Shown one piece after another: positions 39,364-50,333 of a stretch of 64,000 nt of DNA (positions are counted from its first letter, which is position 1; the number at the start of each line of letters is the position of its first letter). Under the pieces are notes generated by a model, which saw nothing but the letters and a program-made list of their open reading frames with translations, ran no database searches and was not told where the DNA came from. The stretch lies in NCBI GenBank assembly GCA_964270895.1, contig OZ185445.1. One strand, given 5' to 3'. Made by a program: the position numbers and the translations under genes. Source of the stretch: Podarcis filfolensis (Eukaryota).

Positions 39364-39896
39364 TATTGTTTTCTTGTGTTTATTGTCTTTGATAGGCTAG
39401 CATGAAAGCTGAAGAGCAAGGTCGAAAAAAGTGCTTTGTTTTCTGGGTTATACAGCACCTAACATTCTTAGAATTCTGTTTCAGAATGAACGAAAAGTTC
39501 CAAAGTCCCCTCCCTTGACTTTTAAAACAGAGTATAGTGAATGTTGGATGGAATGTGTGTGAGTTTTACTTTAAGAAAATTTAGTGGCCTACTCTGCCGT
39601 GGGTATATTAATATTACAATTTATTTTTCTGTTTATCAGTTGTATGCTTTGGGATACTGACAATGCAGACTTATGCATATCTACTCAGCAAAGTTAGTTA
39701 TATTTAGCTTAATAGAACTTAGATGTTTATATGTTTGTACTGTTATTGCACATAACTGCATATATTTTTTCTGCACTGACAAAAAAAGATTAGGTGGAAA
39801 GGCACTAATTATATATTTCGTTCCAATTCTTGCTAGGACATATTAGCCAGGCAGTGCCCTCCTCACATGGCTGGTGAAATAAACTGTTATTACACC

Positions 39897-40231
39897 ATTG
39901 CGTGGCAGGTTCCCGCCTCCCCCCAGAGGAAATAAAGATAGATGACACAAATATTTAGTTTAATGGGCTAAAATTGGCCACAACTTTATTGGCTACAGGT
40001 AATGAGCGGTGTTGGCTTAGGCATTGGTCCTAACTGACTATCCGGCTTCAGCCTGATTGCTTGAAGTCTGGGAAGGGTTAACCACCAGTAGTTAACCCTT
40101 CACCTGTAACCATCACCTGTAACCAATAAAGTTGTGGCCATATTTAGCCCATTAACCTTAAATAATTGTGTCATGTGTCTTGTGTCTTTATTTCCACTGG
40201 GGGAGGGGGGGACGGGAACTCGCCACACAAT
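39897..40231. repeat. Palindromic element with ~105-bp imperfect terminal inverted repeats, unclassified
   Basis: Left GTGGCAGGTTCCC...AATGGGCTAAAATTGGCCACAACTTTATTGGCTACAGG; the right end is its reverse complement (CCTGTAACCAATAAAGTTGTGGCCATATTTAGCCCATT...GGGAACTCGCCAC). Confidence 0.8.
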
Positions 40232-40478
40232 CTCAGAAGGGGGGGGGGCGTCAGAAGTGAACCAGTACTAAAGTTATTTTCCAATGAACTTTAAGGGAGA
40301 CTTTCCAGGAGTTTGCACTCTTGTTACATTTATATGCTTTTTTTAAAAAAACAGGAACCTAATACTCCTATTATAGTATGAAGGATTTTGTGTGGGGCAT
40401 GTTCAGTGTTAATAATAATAATAATTTTATTATTTTTCCCTTCCCATCTGTTCTTCCCTTCTTCCCTTGTGTGTTTAG

Positions 40479-40748
<270 letters not shown>

Positions 40749-43111
40749 CATCTTCTGTGCTTCCTAGTAAATGGCTTTAAAATAACAGCGAATGTAATGT
40801 TATCCTTGCTGTCTAAAGAGCATTCAGCTTCTGAGTGATGATATGAAACTGAGCTCCAGTCTCTCTAAAAAGGGATTTGATCAGAGAAGCATTTGTGCCT
40901 TTGAGAAGAATATAGTATAGTGTGCTTATAATAGATTAATTTTGCCAGTAATCAAAATGTTAGATTTATATTGATCCAGCCTTCAGAAGTGTGTCTCGCT
41001 TCCAGAATATAAAATGATGTTTTAAAAGTATTATGATGTACCAATGTTATCAATATAATTGGAGATGTTGTGCTTGTATGCTAATATGATTTGTTATTGT
41101 TGGGAGTCTTTGATTCTTTTTCTCGCGCTTAATCCAATCCTTCTCAAAATGAGCGCCAAAGTTCATATTGGTTCCTGCAAGAATTCCCAAAGGCTGTTCC
41201 AGCTGTGCAGTTATTTAGCAGTGCATAGATCTGCCTGTAAGTGAGGCAGGAGGGCGGCAGGAGGGAGCCCAGCTTCTGCCTAATGCAACTCGGCTAGAGG
41301 CCAGCTCAGCCATGTATCATCTGGAAGTGACAGGCTGCTTTGGGGCCAAATTGACTGTGCTGAAGGTATATCCTGGAAAAGCTGAACTCCTTGGTAGTTT
41401 GCCATGCCTCTCTTGATAGGCAAGGAGAAGAGTGCAATTGGTGTGTGTTGTGGCAGAACACTAGGTATGCCTCTATGTGGCTGTAGGGAGAGAGGGTAGG
41501 GGTGGGGTGTGTGTATGTGTGTGTGTGAGAGAGAGATACAGTAAGCTAATGCAGTGATAAACACCTGGGTGGTCCAAATTGGTGGAATGTACTCCAGAAA
41601 AGGGTGAAATTGCTTGCCAGAGGATGGAGGACCATGACTTAGAGAAGTCTATCACTCATCTTTAACACAGAGACACATAATCCTTCTCTGATAATGGCTT
41701 CACTTTCACGATATGACGCTCAAGGATTTGACACACTGGCATTTTTTCGTGCTTATTCTTGTCTTGATAGATGTGCAGTTACTCAGTTATGCATATTAGC
41801 TAGGTACAGCCATGCTCTGAGGAATGCAAGTATTTAACTCTTAGTTTGTCAGTTTTGTTTCTAGATGATATGCATGCATCACAAAGGTCTATTGAAATAC
41901 TTATGAAACTTTTGCTGAAAATGCAGAAGGCAAGGCTAAAAGCAAGTCAGGGAACATATTGTAGTTTCTTATGTGCCACATAAGGCATTTTCTCCCTTGC
42001 CAACAAGTGGTTGACAGGTCTTCAGATTGCTTTCTCCTGGTCCTTGGAAACTCTGGCAACTGATGATGGCAAAGGAGCCAACGCCTAGAGGCCGGGGTCC
42101 CTTCGCCGCCTCCCATAAAATATTTGAGAGGACCGCCCCCCCCAATGTTGATGGGCATTGCCATTCAAATGGTATGCATACACCACATCATGTGATCGAT
42201 TATGCAGGGAGGGGCTTACCTGAGCCTCCGCAATATTTTATTCAAGTTGGTACCCCTGGATGATGGCCTATCTAAGTGTAAAGCAATACCATGTGGCACC
42301 CTTCTATGTTGCTGATGTAGTATTAAAAAACCCATCCTACTCTGTTTGCCAACCTCGCACAAACACTGCAAATCCCTGGTAGGTGCTGGAACTGATGCAG
42401 AGATGCTGTAAAAGCTTTCAAAAGTTATGCCACTACAAAGGATAAACAGCAGCAGCAGCAGAAACCACACATATCTGTAACACTTAATCAGGTCTGGGGT
42501 TTTTGCTAAGTAAAGAAATCTGCCCTTTTCTCCTAGCTGCAAACAGAGCCCTTTTCTTCCAGTAGCGAGAAACTGTGCACAGGAAAGAGTTTGTGAGCAA
42601 CAAAGCCCCATTTACACAGTAGTTTTGGATAAGCCTGGCACTCACTGCTGTGTAGGTGGAGCTGCTGGGAGCAATCTGCCCTTCCTATACAGTATGTGGC
42701 TAGCTGACTGACAAGGACAACTGAGAAGGAAAAGAAAATAACCAAATTCCTGCACTGCCCTTAATTTGATGACGGTTCTCTGGAGTTCAGAGTTCTGAAA
42801 CCATTTTCTAGTGTACGATTGAACTTTGTTTTTAAACCAAGCCCATAGGAAAGCTCTGTACAGTAATGCATACATACTGGAAGAGCGAGTTAAAAGACAA
42901 AATACTGTGAAACTAAATGCCTTGTGGACAGGATCAGTCAAAGGAAGCTATGGGTGTCTTTAGGAAAATAATAGGAATTGTGACATACATACATAGGCAG
43001 CTATTTTGCTGTCAAAAATTCCAAAATAGCCTTGTAATTATCAACTAATAAAAATCTTAGTCATTCTTCAACTTTTTAACATTGCTTTTACTACTTTAAC
43101 AATTAAAGGGA

Positions 43112-43748
43112 AAAGGTAAAGGGACGCCTGACCATTAGGTCCAGTGGTGACTGACTCTGGGGCTGCAGTGCTCATCTCACTCTATAGGCCGAGGGAGCTG
43201 GCGTACAGCTTCCGGGTCATGTGGCCAGCGTGACTAAGCCACTTCTGGTGAATCAGAGCAGCGCACGGAAATGCTGTTTACCACCCCGCCGGAGCGGTAC
43301 CTATTTATCTACTTGCACGTTGATGTGCTTTCGAACTGCTAGGTTGGTAGGAGCAGGGACCGAGCAATGGGAGCTCACCCCGTCGCAGGGATTCGAACCG
43401 CCAACCTTCTGATCGGCAAGTCCTAGAATGCCCAATCTAGGACGCCGATCAGAAGGTTGGCGGTTCAAATCCCCACGACGGGGTGAGCTCCCGTGACTCG
43501 GTCCCTGCTCCTGCTAACCCAGCAGTTCGAAAGCACATCAATGTACAAGTAGATAAATAGGTACCGCTCCGGCGGGGTGGTAAACAGCGTTTCCGTGCGC
43601 TGCTCTGGTTCGCCAGAAGTGGCTTAGTCATGCTGGCCCCATGACCCGGAAGCTGTACGCCAGCTCCCTCGGCCTGTAGAGTGAGATGAGCCCTGCAGCC
43701 CCAGAGTTTGCCACAAGTGGACCTAATGGTCGAGGTGCCTTTACCTTT
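43112..43748. repeat. Head-to-head pair of Sauria-type SINEs forming a palindrome with ~315-bp arms and a 10-nt spacer
   Basis: Arm 1 43112-43426 (-), spacer AATGCCCAAT 43427-43436, arm 2 43437-43748 (+). Confidence 0.9.
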
Positions 43749-43766
43749 ATAGGGTACAAGGGAGCA

Positions 43767-45638
43767 TTATTGTTTGTTTTCTTTATGTATTGCCAAAAGT
43801 GTTCGGATGCTTCCGCCGCTTGTGGAGGCAGTTGCAGAGTTTGCTGTTTCCTTCATTCTTCGAGATTCATCTGCATTGAGACTATCGCTGCTGCTTTCCC
43901 TGGAGCTCTTTTTTGTTTCAGTTATGCTTTTAATTCTTCCCAGTGCTTTATTAATGGAGTCTGCCTGTATACACATAAGAGGTACATTTTTTAGCATAAA
44001 GAAACGGAAAGGTTTGGAATCCTCTGCATTTCTGCCTAACTTTAAGAGATACAGTTTTGCAGTATAGCCGTACTTGGTTAGGATGCATTACTTGTATCAA
44101 TACAGTCGTACCTTGGTTCGTGAACACCTTGCGAGTCGAATGTTTTGGCACCTGAACAACGCAAACCTGGGAGTGAGTGTTCCAGTTTGCGAACGTTCTT
44201 TGGAACCCGAATGTCTGACGTGGCTTCTGATTGGCTGCAGAAGCTTCCTACAGCCACTTGTTCTCATGAACACTTTTAATAAATGCTGGCATATTGACAG
44301 TTGGATGATTATCCTCTTGAGGTTTAAGGATGAGTGACACTTGATTCTGCTTTAGTGCCAGTGGCCGTTTCTGGCCTGTCTTGAATAGCTGCCCTTTGCA
44401 GAGTGCAATAGCAACAGCCTAAATTACAGGTTACCCGTGTATATGCTACTGTAGGTAGGCAATCTTGGTCGAGGAAAGGTCACAGCTAGCATGCCAGCTA
44501 CAGCTGTGCATTGGTAATGTGCACTAAAAGGGTGCACAGTAATTGAAGAATAATGCATGGCTTCAATTCTTTGCTGAAGGGAAGGGGAAGCACGAAACAA
44601 GAAGGATCAGAAAGAACAGTATTTACTAACCTACCAGATAAATTAGTGCTGCATAAGAAATGCTCATTACACCAGTGAGGGCGGTCTTCGTTGGATAGGA
44701 AAGGACATCATAAAGGAACATGGATTTTTCCTGTAGAGAAGAAGAAGAAGAGTTTGGACTTGATATCCTGCCTTTCACTCCCCTTAAGGAGTCTCAAAGC
44801 GGCTAACAGTCTCCTTCCCCTTCATCCCCCACAACAAACACTCTGTGAGGTGAGTGAGTCTGAGAGACTTCAGAGAAGTATGACTGGCCCAAGGTCACCC
44901 AGCAGCTGCATGTGGAGGAGCGGGGAAGCGAACCCAGTTCACCAGATTACGAGTCCACCGCTCTTAACCACTACACCAAGCTGGGATTCATAGTCAAGGA
45001 ATTCATTCTTCTGCCATATTGCAGTTTGGTATACATGATCCTTTCAAAGTTTAGCACTTTTAAGTTCCTTTGGTTTGAACGGGAGAGTTAAGACCTTGCT
45101 TATATCTTCCTTATTTAAATCAATGGGACATAAAGCTCAACATGGATAACAAGCTAATATTCACATGCTAGACAGTTCCTAAATATTTCCATGCAGAGCT
45201 CCTGATGTGGTTTGCTAACTCTCTGTGCGCCCACACACTATCGCTGCTGCCCCAGACAAATTATGGGGAGGGGGAGACTTGGGGAAAATCCCTCACACAC
45301 TCACTTAGAACTCACTTAGAAAATATGAGATGGTTATGTTGAAATTCCTAATAAAATATTTTTTTAAAAAAGAAAAGAAAATATGAGATGGAGCAGTCAC
45401 ACTCATTGCCTACCTTCAATTTATAAAGAGGTTGTTTGGGAACATTCAGTTTCTGAAAGAGACCATGTGATACCCTATGCAGCTCTGCCAATTTTTGAAT
45501 AAGATGTGGCTGCACGAATTTAGCAATTGATTTTGAAGAGCGGGGGAGATGAGCTAGCCCATGCCTAATTACTGCACAAGCGGAAGAAAACACTCTCGCC
45601 ACAACAGACCTAGACTCCTGAACAGTGCAATTGCCGTC
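43767..45638 (-). pseudogene. SPATA9: SPATA9 copy 2: exons 3-5 only (45414-45638, 44635-44730, 43767-43964), frame open but start exons missing
   Basis: Near-identical to copy 1 including introns, with intact splice sites and only in-frame indels. No match to coding exons 1-2 was found upstream. Confidence 0.8.
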
Positions 45639-46240
45639 CTGAAAAATAAGTCAATACAAGGAGGGAGAGAAAAAAATAGTCAAATTACGGTACTCGGGGG
45701 GGGGGGGGGAGGACGGTTTGATGCATTAAGACCTAGAGCATTCGGTAGAGCATTCGGGATCACATGAAAATTCCAGATTTCACCTTAAGTATGCATTATG
45801 TGTCTAGGAAAGAGGGAAAGTGATGTGGTCAGATGTGAAAGAGGACAAGGCTCCTGTACCTTTAACAGTTGTCTAGATGAATTTCAGCAGGCTTAGCTTC
45901 CAAAACGTGCTCCTCCCATTGAAATTCCCTTACCAGGGGAACAGAGGAAATGAGTGGCGTGACCCTAACAGACGCTACAAAAGGGCTGGTCATGCAGCCA
46001 TCTTCCCTTTTCCGCCTTATTCTGTTTCGCCTTTTGCTGTCTGCTGGCTCTCAGCCAGCAGCACATGGGCTCATCCCTCACAGAGGATGAACCCCCACTT
46101 TTCTCTGTATCTGTAACTACAAGATAAAGCCTGCCTTCAGGACCATACAGTGAACTGCATGTAAGCAAACTTTATCATTATCATTATCATTAAAAGGAAG
46201 ACTGCTGGGTCATTATTCTTTTTAAGAGGGAACTAAATTA

Positions 46241-46787
46241 ATTTGAACCGCCAACCTTCTGATCGGCGTCCTAGATTGGGCATTCTAGAACTTGCCGATC
46301 AAAAGGTTGGCGGTTCAAATCCCCACAACGGGGTGAGCTCCTGTTGCTCGGTCCCTGCTCCTGCCCAACCTAGCAGTTCGAAAGCACGTCAACATGCAAG
46401 TAGATAAATAGGTACCGCTCCGGCGGGAAGGTAAACAACATTTCCGTGCGGTGCTCTGGTTCGCCAGAAGTGGCTTAGTCACTCTGGCCACATGACCCGG
46501 AAGCTGTACGCCAGCTCCCTTGGCCTATAGAGTGAGATGAGTGCTGCAGCCCCAGAGTCGGTCACCACTGGAACTAATGGTCAGGCGTCCCTTTACCTTT
46601 TCCCTTTAATTGTTAAAGTAGTAAAAGCAATGTTAAAAAGTTGAAGAATGACTAAGATTTTTATTAGTTGATAATTACAAGGCTATTTTGGAATTTTTGA
46701 CAGCAAAATAGCTGCCTATGTATGTATGTCACAATTCCTATGATTTTCCTAAAGATACTCATAGCTTCCTTTGACTGATCCTGTCCA
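46241..46787 (-). repeat. Inverted copy of 42925-43470 (SINE arm plus unique flank)
   Basis: Reverse-complement match includes the non-repeat flank (e.g. TTGACTGATCCTGTCCA vs TGGACAGGATCAGTCAA) and the palindrome spacer. Confidence 0.9.
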
Positions 46788-49700
46788 AAAAGCAAGGTGG
46801 AAAAAATGCTCTGGGGTTTCTGGGTTATATAGTACCTAACATTCTTAGAATTCTGTTTCAGAATGAATGAAAAGTTCCAAAGTCCCCTCCCTTGACTTTT
46901 AAAACAGAGTACAGTGAATGTTGGATGGAATGTGTGTGAGTTTTACTTTAAGAAAATTTAGTGGCCTACTCTGCCTTGGGTATATTAATATTACAATTTA
47001 TTTTTCTGTTTATCAATTGTATGCTTTGAGATACTGAGAATGCAGACTTATGCATATCTACTCAGGAAAGTTGGTTGTATTTAGCTTAATAGAACTTAGA
47101 TGTTTATATATTTGTACTGTTACTGCACATAACTGCATATATTTTTTCTACACTGACAAAAAAAGATTGGGTGGAAAGGCACTAATTATATATTTCGTTC
47201 CAATTCTTGCTAGGACATATTAGCCAGGCAGTGCCCTCCTCACATGGCTGGTGAAATAAACTGTTATTACACCATTCCTGGAATCCATTTACTGAAGACA
47301 TGGGGGACAAAAAGGATGTGCACACATTTCTGTTTACATTGCATCAAGGGTGCTCCCACCACTGGTTTGGGAAGCGATGTTCACATATATCTGCCCTGTA
47401 TCTATTCTGTTGTTTTTAATAAAATACTGTGTTTTGATACTTTCCCCCCTAAACCAACCTCAATCCGAATTGAGAAAACAAATGATGTAGCAGCATTTTT
47501 AGCTGGTAATATGTACATAGCCATTGAGTCAGGTGTTTTTTGCAGTCCTGCTTAGTACTGGATTGTTGCCAATAGCTGCAAATTTCACATTACGCTTCTA
47601 ATATTACAGTATGTGTAGCTGTAGTGCGTAATATTTTCATGCCATACTCTAGGTTCCCTTTGGCACTTCTAAATTGTATCGGATAAAATCTGTTTGCTAA
47701 ATTACCTTTCCAGCAATGTAGAGAAAACATTTATAAATCCTACTACAGTCTAGGGAGAGGGTGTGTGGCTGGGGAGAGTTCTGACTGCTGGGTAGAGACC
47801 AAGGGACCCACATTCAGCCGTTGGACCTGAGATTTCCCATCCTTGTTGTATCTAACCAATACTTCTCTGGGAGAAACTGTTCCCGCTAGTACGAAAGAGG
47901 CAGTAGTGAGGATGCTACTTTTAAAGGTCCTCACATGATACTCATAACTCCAATTTTGGACTAAGTGGTCTGTGTCTGAGCAACAGTGGGTACTCCTGAA
48001 TTATGCAGGTAATCTGTCCCACAGAGCCAAGGTCTTGCCACAGTTATGCATGCCCTCATCACCTCTTGATGCACTACAATACATGGGCTGCCCATTAAGA
48101 TAGTTTGGAAACTTAAGTTGGTCCAGAATGCAGAAGCTGCTGCGTGTTAACTGCCAGAAACAAATGCCATCAATGTTGCAAGAGAAATCACTGCTTAAAA
48201 TGTTCTCACACTAATTTCAAAGCCTGATATGAGGCGGGGTCAGGGGTGGAAAGTAGTACCAGACTGAATCCCAAATTACATATATAAATTACTTTCTCTG
48301 AGGGTCCAATACTGAATATCTGCAGTGGCTCCTGTCTCTGTCAAAGCCCAATTATCCCCAACAATTGATTACTACCCCTTTTCTATTTCTTACTAGATGA
48401 AATTCAGGATTCACACTTCACCGGTATCCAAAATATACATCTAGGTTAGGTCTCGGCCTGCATGTCAGTGGGATTACTTAAAAGAACTAAACATGCATAT
48501 TTCATCTGTCAGAAATCTGGATATTCTTTTCAATTGCTTTCCATGTGGCAGAAATCTCCATTGATGCAAAGGAGGAAAATATCCCATTGTGTTTTGGTCT
48601 GTTTATTTTGACTGCTCAGCAAGTTATGTTGTTAATTGTTTACTTTCTTAACGGTTCTAACTTGTGACCTGTGCACTTTAAACTGGCTAGTTTTCTCTGT
48701 ACACAGATTAATCAATTGCTTTTCGTGTGTGTTCCTTTTCTGTCTCTGCAAACTATTCAGTAGCTTTTAGGATTTGTAAGCTTTATCACGTGTACTGGGT
48801 GACTGTTATTTCACTAAAAGCTATTTTTTATAAAATGAGCCTCGCAGACACCACATTGCTTTTATTTAAGTGTTGTTTTACTCTGTTTTTGCACTGGCTA
48901 TCTTTCTTCTTTGTAAGTCAGTAACATGGCTTTTATTGAAGAAATATTAAGTATAAATGGTATCCTCTACGAGTAATAAGTTGAGACAAGACTTAACAGT
49001 GTGATTTGATTAATCAACAGCTACAACAAGTAGTTTTCTGTTGGAGCCCCTCCTCACACCCCATGCTTCTCCAGGAATCATCCCTAAACTCCCGTCCCAG
49101 TTCTTTTTAAAGGGAATTCATGCAAATTACTAGGACTGTTATAATAGGATTAGGTTTATTGAAAGAAAAATGCAGGAGGATTTTTATATACTTTTCTAAC
49201 TGATGTGGTATAACAAACTGCACACACACAACCTGCACATACTTGTGAAGTTCCCCTCCATTCAGAGAGTTTGGTAACCAAGACTTATATCTTGATTACC
49301 TTTAATCACCACATAATTATCTCTGCCGATGTGAGTGTCAGCAATCAACAACTAGTCTGCCATCACTCCTCCCCAGAAGACGCGCATTTCCCCTCCATTC
49401 AGATAGTCATGCTGACTTAAGAGTCCGGGTGAAGGAGCAGGGGACATCAGGGGCAGAGCTACTCAGATCTGCTCCTTGCTCCCATGTTGATGTGGATATA
49501 AGAAAGGGAAAGTTCCTTGAAATTATAATATGATGCAGTGCTGACTCTGCATGCTAAAATGTATATACATATTTTCTTACACTTGAGAATGGGAGGGAAG
49601 GAAGCATTTTGAGAGTGGGCTGACTGGGTGACACATATAAACACCGGCATATATATTGCTTGGTTTTGCACTGTTTGGGATTAGTCTCAAAACTGATATA

Positions 49701-50004
49701 CTCTTTAGCACAATATGATTTCCCTAGATGAGCAGCAGTGAATACAATCAATGGAAAAAATATTGCATAAAAAATGTTTACTATAAAATCATTAATAGTA
49801 GTAACAATAATATACAATAAGAACAAGAAATTACAATATTAGTATACTGACATTGACATAGAACTACTTTAACCATTGTCTGAAATTTTTGTTTTCTACA
49901 ATGTTTATTTTCTAACTGTTGCATTTCATAGTCCTCTGCACAATATATAAATATTTAATTTTGCATCATTATTTTGCTAGCTCCATATAATAGAAAATTT
50001 GATA

Positions 50005-50333
50005 CTATTTAAGACTTCTTCCTTCTAAGACATCATATATATCATTCAATGTATATTCGAGGTATTTTATAAGTTCTTCTGAGTCTTTTTCTAAATAGCT
50101 AGTTATAATACTTCCTACCCAATCATCAAACATGTTATATCCAACTCCGAAACCATCTGGCACGACTGGTCCAAACCCACCATGATTAATTGCTTCACTG
50201 CCTAATGTACTAGTTGAAATTATAATATGGTTTATGTTTTTGTAGGCTGGGTCATTATAAATATCAGGCATACGTCCACCTCTGCGCTGGACGAGGTACT
50301 TCAAGGCAAATAAATGGCGATCAAATCCTTGGC
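50005..50333 (-). CDS. CPT2-like exon 5 (last)
   Basis: atccag|GC CAA GGA TTT GAT CGC CAT...; GQGFDRHLFAL, STS motif (ISTSTL), GGFGPVVPDGFGVGY, ends EGRSLK*. Full join is 1995 nt = 664 aa. AATAAA on the minus strand at 49904-49909. Confidence 0.96.

Larger units (their letters stand above)
34704..39899 (+). repeat. Segmental duplication, copy 1
   Basis: 34704-37462 matches 43728-45712; 39415-39899 matches 46791-47276 (direct orientation). Confidence 0.92.
43728..47276 (+). repeat. Segmental duplication, copy 2 (rearranged)
   Basis: As above. Lacks about 260 bp (part of a MITE), about 470 bp of intron, and the ~1.95-kb block 37463-39414 of copy 1. Confidence 0.92.

Noticed and set aside
48980-49445. 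Possible LTR-like segment downstream of the CPT2-like gene
   Set aside because: Could not define termini or a TSD by eye.
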